Source: the human T2T-CHM13v2.0 reference genome, Homo sapiens. From it: 64,000 nt of DNA. The notes under the pieces are model-generated. The model worked only from the letters and a program-made list of their open reading frames with translations, had not been told where the DNA came from and did not search any database. The stretch's first letter is position 1. Every line of letters starts with the position of its first letter. The position numbers and the translations under genes were made by a program. The stretch lies in assembly GCF_009914755.1 (NCBI RefSeq), contig NC_060927.1. One strand, 5' to 3'. Shown here piece after piece: positions 14,687-28,188 of this stretch.

Positions 14687-14707
14687 GTAACAATTATGGA
14701 GCTACAG
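14687..14707 (+). CDS. GOLGA4: GOLGA4 21-nt microexon (VTIMELQ), frame-neutral cassette
   Basis: Poly-Y tttcag|GTA ACA ATT ATG GAG CTA CAG|gtaagg; fits between ...GNDN and TQLAQ... Confidence 0.9.
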
Positions 14708-14721
14708 GTAAGGCTAGTTCT

Positions 14722-15041
14722 TCTTTTTTTTTTTTTCTTTTTTTTCTTTGAGACAGATTCTCACTCTGTTGCCCAGGCTGTTGCCCAGGCTGGAGTGCAG
14801 TGATGCAATCTTGGCTCACTGCAACCTCTGCCTCCTGAGTTCAGGTATTCTCATGCCTTAGTCTCCCAAATAGCTGGGACTACAGGTATGTGCCACCACG
14901 CCCGGCCAATTTTTTTTTTAATTTTTGTATTTTTAGTAGAGATGGGGTTTTGCCATGTTGGCCAGGCTGGTCTCAAACTCCTGAGCTCAGGCAGTTCCCC
15001 TGCCTCGGCTTTCCAAAGTGCTAGGATTACAGGCCCCAGCC
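14722..15041 (-). mobile_element. Alu (Jb/Sz-like), antisense, just downstream of the microexon donor
   Basis: Poly-T plus Alu body with a 12-nt internal duplication (tgttgcccaggc x2); TSD aag(g/a)ctagtt(c/a)ttcttt. Confidence 0.92.
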
Positions 15042-15209
15042 AAGACTAGTTATTCTTTGAATTTGTCTGAAAGTCATGCATTTTAGGGGTATTCAGTGTT
15101 ATAAGTTAAAACTTAAAAAGACTAACAAAAATTTCCAAGCAGTGCAGAAATGTGTCTGGGCAATAATGAAACCTATGTGCATTTCAGATCTGACTTTTTG
15201 TTCTTTCAG

Positions 15210-15278
15210 ACACAGCTAGCACAGAAGACGACTTTAATCAGTGATTCGAAATTGAAAGAGCAAGAGTTCAGAGAACAG
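15210..15278 (+). CDS. GOLGA4: GOLGA4 exon (TQLAQKTTLISDSKLKEQEFREQ)
   Basis: ttctttcag|ACA acceptor, CAG|gtacag donor, 69 nt. Confidence 0.93.
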
Positions 15279-16107
15279 GTACAGGCCTAATTGGTACCTT
15301 TTATTTTGAACTAAAGTTTCGTTAATATGTACTTGGATCTCAGCTACTTTTTAAATAGTTGGCTTTGAAATTTTTCAGTCTTACACCCAGGAAATTTTAT
15401 TTCCAAATCCAAAGGTACTAGAGGTTTTCTCTCTAAATTCATGATCATATATATTTAAGCAAGAACATTTGTATCATATTATTTTTAATGCTTAACATTT
15501 TTTATAACAATTTGTGATCGTATAATGTATAGTAATTTATGTTCTACAAAGAAGTTATTTTTTGCTTTTATCGGAGAGAAAATAGTCATCTATCTTTGGT
15601 ACTTTTTCCAAGTGGTTTAATTGTCCTAATTTAATTTTCCCATATATTATTGATGGACAATATATGTAAGTCAGTTTAAATAGGACCATGTGTGTACACC
15701 TTCAAGGATGCACAGTACACCCATACCAGGATATGTGGTATATGATCTTTAGTAAAGTCTTTTTCTAAACTCTGGGAGAAATAGTGGCTCAAATCAGCAG
15801 GCTAAGTTTGAAGGCTAAATCTCCTGGGATTTTCCCAGTTCTTTTAAAATTCATACAGACAAAAATCTTGATAATTGTTAGAACTGAGTGATGGATGGGT
15901 ATATGAGCATTAATTGTACTATATTTTCTTGGAATATGTTTGAAATTTTTCATAATATTTCTAAAATTTCATAAAGATAGGTCCCAATGTGACTTTATTT
16001 TTTTGTTTCACTAGTGATTTAGCTTTTCCCATCTATTCTCAAGATTACTGCTTTAAAATTCTTAAGATCAAATCTTGAAAACTGCCCTAGCATAACAGTT
16101 TTTGTAT

Positions 16108-17490
16108 TAGTTATTTTTACTGTGGGAATATACACATTAAAAGTTAACATTTTAATCATTTTAGAGTACACAGTTCATTGACATTTAGTTCATTTACAGT
16201 GTTGTGAAACCATCACTGTTACCCAGTTCCAGAATATTTCATCACCCCAAGAGGAAACTCCATACCCATTAAGCAGTCACTCCCCATTACCTCCTCCCCG
16301 TAACACCTAGCAACCACTAATCTGCTTCCTGTCTCTATGGATTTGCCTATTCTGGGTATTTCATATAAATGGAATAATAACAATACCTGACCTTTTATGT
16401 TAGGCTTTTTTTTTTTTTTTTTTGAGTTGGAGTCTGTCTCTGTCATCCAGGCTGGAGTGTAGTGGCACGATCTAGGCTCACTGCAAGCTCCGCCTCCCGG
16501 ATTCACACCATTCTCTTGCCTCAGCCTGCTGAGTAGCTGGGACTACAGGTGCCTGCCACCACGCCCGGCTAATTTTTTTGTATTTTTAGTAGAGACGGGG
16601 TTTCACCATGTTAGCCAGGATGGTTTCGATCTCCTGACCTCATGATCTGCCTGCCTCAGCCTCCCAAAGTGCTGGGATTACAGGCATGAGCCACCGTGCC
16701 CGGCCTGTGTCGGGCTTTTTTTCAGCTTAGCGTGATGTTTCAAGATTCATCCATCTTAATAGCATATATCAGTATTTAATTTCTTGTTATGGCTGAATAA
16801 TATACCATCGTATGGATATACTACATTTTGTTTATCCATTCATCAGTTAATGGACATTTGGGTTGTTTCCTTTTGCCTATAGTGAACAGTGCTACTAAAA
16901 ACATTGATATACAGGTTTTTGTTTAAACACCTGTTTCCAGTTCTTTTGGGTATATACACAGGAGTGGAATTACTGGATCATACAGTAATTCTATGTTTAA
17001 CTTTTTGAGGAACTGCCAAACTTTTCTACAGTGGCTGTACTATTTTACATTACCATCAACAAAGTATAAGAGTTCCAGTGTCTCCATATCCTCACCAACA
17101 AGTTTTTTGATTATTGCCATCCTAGTCAATATGAAGTGATACCTCGTTGTGGTTTTAATTTGCATTTCTCCAGTGACTAGTGATGTGAAACATCTTTTCA
17201 TTGGCTTGTTGGCCATTTATATGTCTTCTTTAGAGCAATGTCTACTCAAGTCCTTTGTCCATTTTTTAGTTGGATTGTCTTGTTGAGTTGTAAATGCTCT
17301 TTATATGTACTAGAGACAAGTCCCTTATCAGATATTTGATTTGCAAATATTTTCTCCCATTCTGTAGCTTGTCTTTTTACTTCATTGATAGTGTCTGTTG
17401 ATGTACAAAAGTTTCTAATTTTAGCAAAGTGTAATTTATGTATTTTTCTCTTTTATTCTGTGTTCTTTTGGTATCATATCTAAGAAATCT
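16108..17490 (-). mobile_element. Old L1 (L1MB-like) 3' fragment, interrupted by an Alu
   Basis: L1 ORF2-end/3'UTR reverse-complement motifs (e.g. 'ctatgtttaactttttgaggaactgccaaac', 'gttttaatttgcatttctc'). Confidence 0.85.
16406..16705 (-). mobile_element. AluY/Sc-like nested in L1
   Basis: Poly-T and 'gcaagctccgcctcccgg' diagnostics. Confidence 0.92.
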
Positions 17491-17667
17491 TTAGTTTTAG
17501 TTTTTTTTTTCGCAGAAACAATTCTTGCTCTAAACCATTTGTCTTAATTTTATTTGCCTATATTCTGTCTTCAGCATTAAAAAACCTTGTGGTGACAGCA
17601 ATCTTTCTTTTTCTTACATACAGTTTCCCTGTGAATCTTATATGGTCTGATTATTTGTTATTTTTAG

Positions 17668-17743
17668 ATTCACAATTTAGAAGACCGTTTGAAGAAATAT
17701 GAAAAGAATGTATATGCAACAACTGTGGGGACACCTTACAAAG
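17668..17743 (+). CDS. GOLGA4: GOLGA4 exon (IHNLEDRLKKYEKNVYATTVGTPYK)
   Basis: tttttag|ATT acceptor, AAAG|gtaagg donor, 76 nt, phase 1. Confidence 0.94.
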
Positions 17744-17849
17744 GTAAGGATGATCTCGTGTCATGTTATTAACTGTTATCTTTTATTGGTGGATTTGTGC
17801 ATGATTTTTATTTTTGTTTTTGCTAATTTATATTTTTTTCTCATTTTAA

Positions 17850-18355
17850 AATTTTTAATGATTTTATTTTTTCTTAATTGACAAATGCATATATGTATAG
17901 TGTGCAACATGCTATTTTGAGTTATAGATTCATTGTGGAATGGTTAAACTAAGTGCATTACCTGACATACTACCTTTTTTGTGTGTGTGTGATGAGAACA
18001 CTTTAAAATCTACTCTTTTCACAGTTTTCAAGAATACAATAAATTGGGTGGGGAATAATACAATACATTAACTGTAGTCAACCGTATTTTACAATAGATC
18101 TCTTGAACTTATTCTTCCTTATTGAACTGAAATTTTGTATCCTTTGGACAGCATCTCCCACCCCCCACAGTCCCTTATAACCACCAGTTTACCCGGCTTG
18201 AGTTCAGCTTTTTAGATTCCACATGTAAGTGAGATTATGTGGTATTTGCCTTTCTTCACCTAGCTTATTCCACTTAATATAATGTCCTCCAGGTTCATCC
18301 ATGTTGTTCCAATGGCAGAGTTTTCTTCTGTTTGGAGGCTGAATAGTATTCCATG
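17850..18355 (-). mobile_element. L1MA-like 3' fragment
   Basis: 'tttagattccacatgtaagtgagattatgtggtatttg...tcctccaggttcatccatgttgt' L1 3' reverse complement. Confidence 0.8.
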
Positions 18356-18429
18356 TGGTTAATCTGTTTTTTACAATGAATATATTTTACCTTTTAACAG
18401 CTGACTTTAAGGAAAGAAAGATAGTAACC

Positions 18430-18746
<317 letters not shown>

Positions 18747-19192
18747 CAAAGGATTTTAAAGATGAGCTTGAGTCTTTATGTGGTAATTCCCTTGAGATAA
18801 TCAAGATCATTGAATAATCTTATATAACACTTATCCATTCTCTAAAGTTCAATTTCATTACCTCACTGTATTAAGAATAGTTTTATTTTGCTACATGTTT
18901 TGTAAACCTTTCTGCTTTCCTATGGGAAGCATGAGGACATAAAAACCATTTGGCATTCTCTTCTTTTGTGTTTTTGAAAGCTCTCATTACTATCAAATAA
19001 TGTAAAATACTACACAAATTTTAACTAAATTAAAGGACTTGCTGTGGATCCTGTCCAAACTGGAGCTCCTCAAAAAGAAGTAAAAACCAGCCTGGAAATT
19101 TCCTATGCTCACTGCGGAGATGATTCTTGCTGCAAAGATTATTTACTATAGCTAAGTCACTGAATATCTCAGCATAGAACTAGACTGAATCA

Positions 19193-19282
19193 GCCTACAG
19201 CCATACCACCGTGAATGCTCCCAATCTCATCTGATCTCAGAAGTTAAGCAGGGTCAGGCCTGGTTACTACTTGGATGGGAGA
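19193..19282 (+). pseudogene. 5S rRNA retropseudogene, 3'-truncated (nt ~1-90), tailless
   Basis: gcctacagccataccacc...ttggatgggaga aligns to human 5S GTCTACGGCCATACCACC...TTGGATGGGAGA; many changes are CpG transitions; 17-bp TSD. Confidence 0.95.
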
Positions 19283-19591
19283 ACTATACTAAATCAATAC
19301 TCAGCAGTGCATAGAGAATAGTGTCAATTCCTTTTGTTATTTTCCATGTAAGAATTTCCTACATAATTAATTTTTTCTCATATTTATGAACACATATATA
19401 CAATTTATTTAATAGCTAACTCATAATACTAAGCGCTAAACACTTACAAACACGTTTTTGTCTTTTTTAAAACATTATTTTTCTCAGATTTCTCAAGGAT
19501 AATATAGCTTATCTGCTCATTTAATCCTCTTAAAAACCCAAGCATTGTGGTGCAGTATGTACATTAATCTCTTCGTCATGCTGCCTCTTTA

Positions 19592-19943
<352 letters not shown>

Positions 19944-20446
19944 CTAGTTCTTTAGAAGCCCCTGTGTGTCTGCCTTTACAATATCTTTATCCCTCTCATC
20001 ATTTTTACTGTTTCCCCTGACTTTTCTTAATCATTATCTTGTTCTTTATCATTTACCACCTGTATTTATATTTTCAAGCAATATTTTGTTTAGATTTTGT
20101 TTGCTTTGTGAATTTATGTAATTCAGTCATACCATAAGCATTCTTGTATGACCTGTTTCTTTTGCTTAATATAAGGTTTGAGAGTTATCCAGATTGTGTG
20201 TAGTTGTTCATTTCCATTATATTAATTTTGTACATTCTTTTTCATTTTTCCTAGGACATGTGGAAATTTTTCTCTAGAATATATAAGAATGGAATTGCTA
20301 AGTCATAGGATATGAATATTTTTGTGCATATCCCATATTAGGTTAAGCCAAAATGTTTGCTATATTTTTTGTAGTAATTTCCACTTCCATCAGCAGTGGG
20401 TGAGATTTCTCACCACTCTAGCACCTCATCAGTGCTGGATATATAA

Positions 20447-21087
<641 letters not shown>

Positions 21088-21559
21088 CAAACAGTGCCCA
21101 TACATTGCATTTGATTGATAAATTACTTAAGTCTCTTTTGAACTCCAGGTCCTTCTCCACCTTTGCTTTTATCATTTATTTGATGAGAAAACCAACTTAC
21201 TTGTCATATAGAGTGGACCACATTCTTAATTTTCTGGATTCTGTCTCCCTGGAGTCCTCTGTTCCCTGGTAGGTAGAACTAGAGGCTTGAGCAGAGTTAG
21301 GTTTGATTAGATTTAGCTTTGCATGGACAATAGTACTTCATAAAGGAAGTTGTGTAATTCTTGTCTTACATCAAACGTTCATGACATATTTACGATTTTA
21401 AGATCTGTCACCCAGTTCCAGGTGTGATCCATCACTTTTCGCCAGATTTTAGCATCCATTGGTAAATTCCCTGATCTGTTACTTCAGTAGTGATTGCATA
21501 ATGGTGTTAGTAAAATTCCACCATTTCTTGTGCATATATTAATTGGAATTCTTCTATAA

Positions 21560-21961
<402 letters not shown>

Positions 21962-22036
21962 TGAAGATCTGTTTCTGCTACCTCTAGTGTGTTTCATTGA
22001 TCCGTTTGTCTATGCCTGCTCTAATACCTCACTGTC

Positions 22037-22175
22037 TTTTTTTTTTTTTTTTTTTTGGTAGAGATGAGGTCTTTCTATGTTGCCCAGTCTAGTCTTGAAC
22101 TCCTGGCCTCAAGTGATCCTCCTGCCTTGGCTTCCCAAAGTGCTGAGATTTCAGGAGTGAGCCACCATGCCTAAC
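22037..22175 (-). mobile_element. FLAM-like Alu monomer
   Basis: Poly-T plus left-arm sequence; TSD tcact(g/a)tctt. Confidence 0.85.
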
Positions 22176-22454
22176 CTTCACTATCTTAATAACTGTCACT
22201 TCATAATAAGTCTTGATGTCTGGCTGGGGAAGCTGTCCCACTTTTTCTTTAAGAATTGTTTATTCTTAACTCTTTGAATGTCCATAGAAATTTTAAAGTC
22301 ATCTTGTTAAGTTACTTAATGCATACATACACATTCCTGGGAGGATTTTGATTAGGCTTGCATTTAATTTATAGAAAAAGAGAATTGGCATTTATATGGT
22401 ATTGATTCTCCAACCCATAATCACAATATACCTCAACATTTATGTAGGTATTTA

Positions 22455-22765
<311 letters not shown>

Positions 22766-23236
22766 GTTGATTGTTCTCAGTAGTAATCTTGCACCCCTTT
22801 TATTACGTTTATTCTTAGATGTGATTGTAAATGTAATATTTATTTTCTAACTAAATGCATATTTTAAAGGCATTATGCATTATTTGAGGAAACTCCAAGC
22901 AAGCTTATGTTATAAAATTATCTGTAACACACAATTAAAATTGTGTTAAATGTCAAGTGGATTTTTCAGTTATACACTTTGGAATTTGGCCCAGATAAAG
23001 TGTGGGTTTTAAAATGCTGAGTGATACCTAGACGAAGTTATTTGGGAAGACCCATTAGAGGCAACGAGTAGACAATTTGGAAAGCCTCTTTATTTGAACA
23101 ATAGCTAATTTCCTCGCATAATTGCTTAAAACCAGAAATAAGAGCTATAAAGTCTTCTGTACCCACTGTTTGGGAGAAGTCAAGAAGAGACACAAGTATT
23201 GAAAAATAATATTAATTCTGTCTCCTGGAAAATAGC

Positions 23237-23513
<277 letters not shown>

Positions 23514-24736
23514 CTATTTAATAAAATTGCTTATTTTCTGAAAAGTGAAAAAGAGGTGCGTTTTGTATAGATCTAGAGGAATAAAATACTCAAATATGAT
23601 ATATAGAAGGATATATTACTCAGGGGAAATAATGTGTTTTCATTATTTAGTTCTTAAGAACTCTATACTTGCAAAGTATAATTTGAGTGAGTTGAGTCTT
23701 CTAAAAGTATGCACTTAAAAAAATATTCCAAATGTGAGTGCATGTAATGTACATGTAATGTATGGAGGCTATTTAACACCTCAGAATCCACCATCCAGAA
23801 CATTGCCATTTCTTTTGAGGCTTCTTGTGCTGCTCTGTAGTCCTTATATCTCTGTTGTTTCCCAGTAGTAACTGCTGTTATTATATTACAACATAACTAG
23901 TTCCTTTAAAAAAAATCGATTTTAATGTTTTATATGTTTTGGGCTGTATAGAAATGACATCATACTGTATGTGTCCTATGTAAATTACTTTTTTTATCTA
24001 ATATTATTTTGAGATTCATTCTAATGTGTGAAGCTATAATTTGACCATTTTCAATGCTGAATTTAATAATAATACATTATATCTTTATGTCACAGTATAT
24101 TCTCTTGTTGGTGGGCATTTTAGTTGTTGCGATTTTGCTTTTATAAACAGTGTAAGTAAACATCGACTCCTACTGTACATATGAAGTGTTTCTCTAGGTT
24201 ATATTGCTAATAATTGAATTTCTGTGTCATATAATATGCTTGTTTTCTATGTTACAAAGTTTTAAAAGCAGTGCCAAATTGTCATCTGTAGTGCTTGTTT
24301 TCAGTTTCCTCTCCTAGTAGTACACGAGTCTCCATTGTTTCACATCCTCACCAGTGCTTTGTATTGTCTGACTTTTAAGATTCTGCTCATCAGACATATG
24401 TAAATGACACATAACACAGTTTGTTTTCACAGAACAAATGGTTATTTAAATTCTAAACCCAAAGTAATGTACAATTACAATAAAAGGCCAGAAGAAAGAG
24501 GAGGAAGGAAAAAGATGTGAGAAATAAAATTGTTATAGTAATTCTTGTTTTCGCTTCCAAGCATAAAATAGTAATTGGAATGTTTAGTGTGCATGTGTGT
24601 ATACAATGCAATATGATACAATATAAAAGCATGCCTCTCTTTGTTCCATTGGTTGTTTTTTAAATCTATTTTTATAAGTAATAAGTAGTTTACCTGGTTT
24701 TGTCTTTACAGTTTGATCTATTTTTTTATTTGGCAG

Positions 24737-24840
24737 GTGGCAATTTGTACCATACGGATGTCTCACTCTTTGGAGAACCTACCGAATTTGAGTATTTGCG
24801 AAAAGTGCTTTTTGAGTATATGATGGGTCGTGAGACTAAG
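24737..24840 (+). CDS. GOLGA4: GOLGA4 exon, start of GRIP domain (GGNLYHTDVSLFGEPTEFEYLRKVLFEYMMGRETK)
   Basis: tggcag|GT acceptor, AAG|gtataa donor; GRIP signature EYLRKVLFEYM with the conserved Arl1-binding Tyr codon at 24793-24795. Confidence 0.96.
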
Positions 24841-27800
24841 GTATAAATCATGTCTCGTGATTTGGTGTGTGGCTTAATTTTAAAAGAAATATGTTCCACT
24901 TTTAATACACATGTGAATGCCATATGTTTACTATTAGCAAATCAGACATGCTAATAGTAGGTAATAGATAATTATTTTATTGCTCTTAGTTTACAAAGTG
25001 AATTGGTGGATCTTGCTTATATTTATTACATTTATAAAACATTAATTTTGAAAATACTATTGGGTAACACTGAACGCTAAACATTAAAATTTCATTAACA
25101 TAAGAATAATTTGTGAACCATGTGGCTTTTTTTCTTCTTCATATCTTTAAGTTAGAAGAATAGATTTCATTTTCAAGGAGACTTTAGGATATTATGGATA
25201 ATATTGGAAATAGTCATAATTATTAGCTACCTAGAGAGATTTAGAAACATTATGCTTTATAGTTACTGTAAGAAAATCCTTCTGCACTTGTGGAATATCG
25301 ATCATTTAAAAATTACCCCATGTAAGTAATAATGCTTGGCTAATTTGTTTTCTAGAATGTTGCATTTATTGTAAGGTTCTTAAATGTAGAGTCTTGTCTT
25401 ATTCTTATTTGTATCCCTTGCAGTGTTTTAAAAAGAGCCTTATTGGACATTTGGTAAATATATATTGAATTGAGTTAAATGCTTCTAGGGAAATTCATGA
25501 GCCTTTCTTCAAACAAAATTTTTCATTTAAAGCAGTTTCTGTTTTTTTGACATTTTTTACCTTCATGGAATTTTAATTGTCTGTGTGCCGTGGCTGAGAA
25601 TGGGATAATGAATTTTCTATGCTCGAAAGCAATCAGTGTTTTAATGTATGGGTGTGTGGGAGTTGCTGAGTCATAGGATACTAAGCAGGTTCAAGCACTG
25701 ATTTGGCAAATATATTTAAAACCTAAAAAGCAAATATCTTAAAATAATATTATAAAAGGAAATATCTTAAAAGAATATGATAAATGTATAGATTGGAGAT
25801 TCAGCTAAATACCAGGAGTGGGTTAGAAGTCATTTGAATCCTTAATATCTGTAGAAATCACATTTCATTATATCAAGTTAAAGTAATATCTAATATTGTG
25901 AACAGGTATCACAGAAGGGAGATATTAAATCACAGCAATTCAGTGTCTTTTTTTTTCCTCAATGCCATTTTTCAAAAAGTTCAAGGGTAGCTAAAACTAA
26001 TTTTCTCCTTATCTTTTAAAAACAAAACTAACGAAATACAGCTTTCTCTTATTATGTCCCTATGGGACATACACTATCTCACCTCAAATACAGGGTATAT
26101 TATGTCCCTGTGGGGGGATATTTGAGGTGGGATAGATAGTTTAAAGTTACCTTGTTATTGTATTGGGGGTGGGGAGGAGAGGCATATCTTTAAAAAACAA
26201 AAAGCTTCTCAGAACTTTAGCTACCTTGGCTCATTAGTGAATCTAAAGCTATGATGCAAGGTTGTTACTAAATAATTTATTTAGCTTTTTCTTGATCTGT
26301 AAAATGGAGAGACAGACTGCCTTAACCTGTTTCTTCTGAAGGTTATGAATGTATGTGAGATGAGATAGCTACGGAGCTTAACTACCCTGAAGAAAGACCT
26401 AGCATAAGCATAAGCATAAGAGGCTTATGGGGCAGTACCAGTTCATCCAAGTCTAAGCTTGTGCTTCAGGGCTCTGCAGTTAATCTTAGAGTGTGACTTG
26501 GGAAGTAGCTGAAAGGGATGTCCCATGGCACAAGCAGCCCCATCTAATAAGCTGGCTGGGAATTTGTGTTGAGGAGTAGTGCTCTCTCTCCTCTTTATCT
26601 TCAGCGTCGATTCTCCTTTTCTGGCTCTAAAAATGAAGAGTAGTCTATCATTCTGCCATCACATTTTATAGGCAAATAGAAAATTGGTACTAGGTATTTA
26701 CTTTTAAGTTGCTGCACATTTATTGAGCATGGCCCTTTATCACCATGGTAGATAGCAAGATGACATTTGATACCATCTCTAACTTTAAGGCGTTCACTGT
26801 GCAGTAAGGAAGGGAACTGTTCTCATTAACCATAATGTGATGATGAATGCAGTAAGTGCTGTAAGACAGAAACAGAGTCCTCATATTTACCTGTGAGAAG
26901 ATCAAGGAGAACATCATGGAGGAGGTGGTGTGTATACTGGGATTTAAGAGGAGATGTTAGATTTTGATAGATAAGCCCAGATGGTGGAGGGGTAGCCCAG
27001 ACAGGTTTCAGGCAGGAAACATAGTGTGGGTTTTTGAAATCACAAGTAGCCTGGTCCAACTAAAACGCTGGATTGATGAAGGGGAAGTAATTTAACTTAA
27101 GGCTGCACAGAGAATGCAGGGCCTTGAATGTTTTCAGAGTTTTACCTGTAGGTATTGGGAGGGGGTAGCCCTGAAAATTTTCAAGTAGGGATTTACAAGA
27201 TCAGAGCTGTTTTTAGACATGTCTTTTGTGGGTTTGCCCAATTTCTATACATTAACAAAGAATTTGAAATGGAGACCAGGTTGCGGTTTTAGAATAAGTC
27301 GGAGTATGTTGTGCTCTTTGTGATTTGATTACCATCTGCAGTTGTTTCTTGTCTAGCAGGATTCATATGTCTTCTCACCTGTGTTTCTTCGTCTGCTTTT
27401 GTACACAGTGTTCTTTATTTTATGAGGCAGATGACTTTTTAAAAGAAGACTATATATAGTACATACGTTCTTGTAGTATGGAGTTAAGTAAGTTCCCTTC
27501 CTTCCTTCTGTCCGTATACTTTCTTTTTCTTGGGTTTTGATCCTCCATGCTAATGCTGAACCTGAAATTCAGCCTGTTCTCCTTTTCAACATAAAGTGTT
27601 TCTCATCCTAAGCTTTATTGAAGATGCCTCTCCCTAAGGAATACCTGGCAGGAGAGATCACTTGTAAATCAGGTGGCTCATTTGAACTTTTCCTTACTTC
27701 CCAGGGCCTGAGGATATTGTATGTAGAGTAGACAGTCTGATATCTTTTCCAAGGTGTGGCAAAGAGCCTGGGCTTCTCCATTAAAGTGTTTTCTGGCAAG

Positions 27801-28188
27801 CCAGGGATGAGCTTTAACTCTTCACTGGGTAATGAGCTGCAGATTCACTGATGAATTTAGAGGTGGGTTTACCATTTAATGTTGTCTAGAAACACGAAGA
27901 GACAACTAGCCACAGCTATATTTTTTCCCCAAACATGCTTGTGCATGCATGTATATGTTGTTTCTTAGTAAATATAAATGGACTTTTTGGTACTTGGAGC
28001 TTTATGTGGTGTTGATATTAGAGAAATGCTTCCTATAATTCTGAATCCCTGAATTTTAGATTTTTTGGTACTTATAAAAAAACCTTTATAGATAGTATAC
28101 CAGAAACTGCTTCAGGTTATTATTAAAAAGAAAAAACTGAAATGGTTACTACTTCATATTTCTCTTTCCATTTCATGCCACATGTTTA

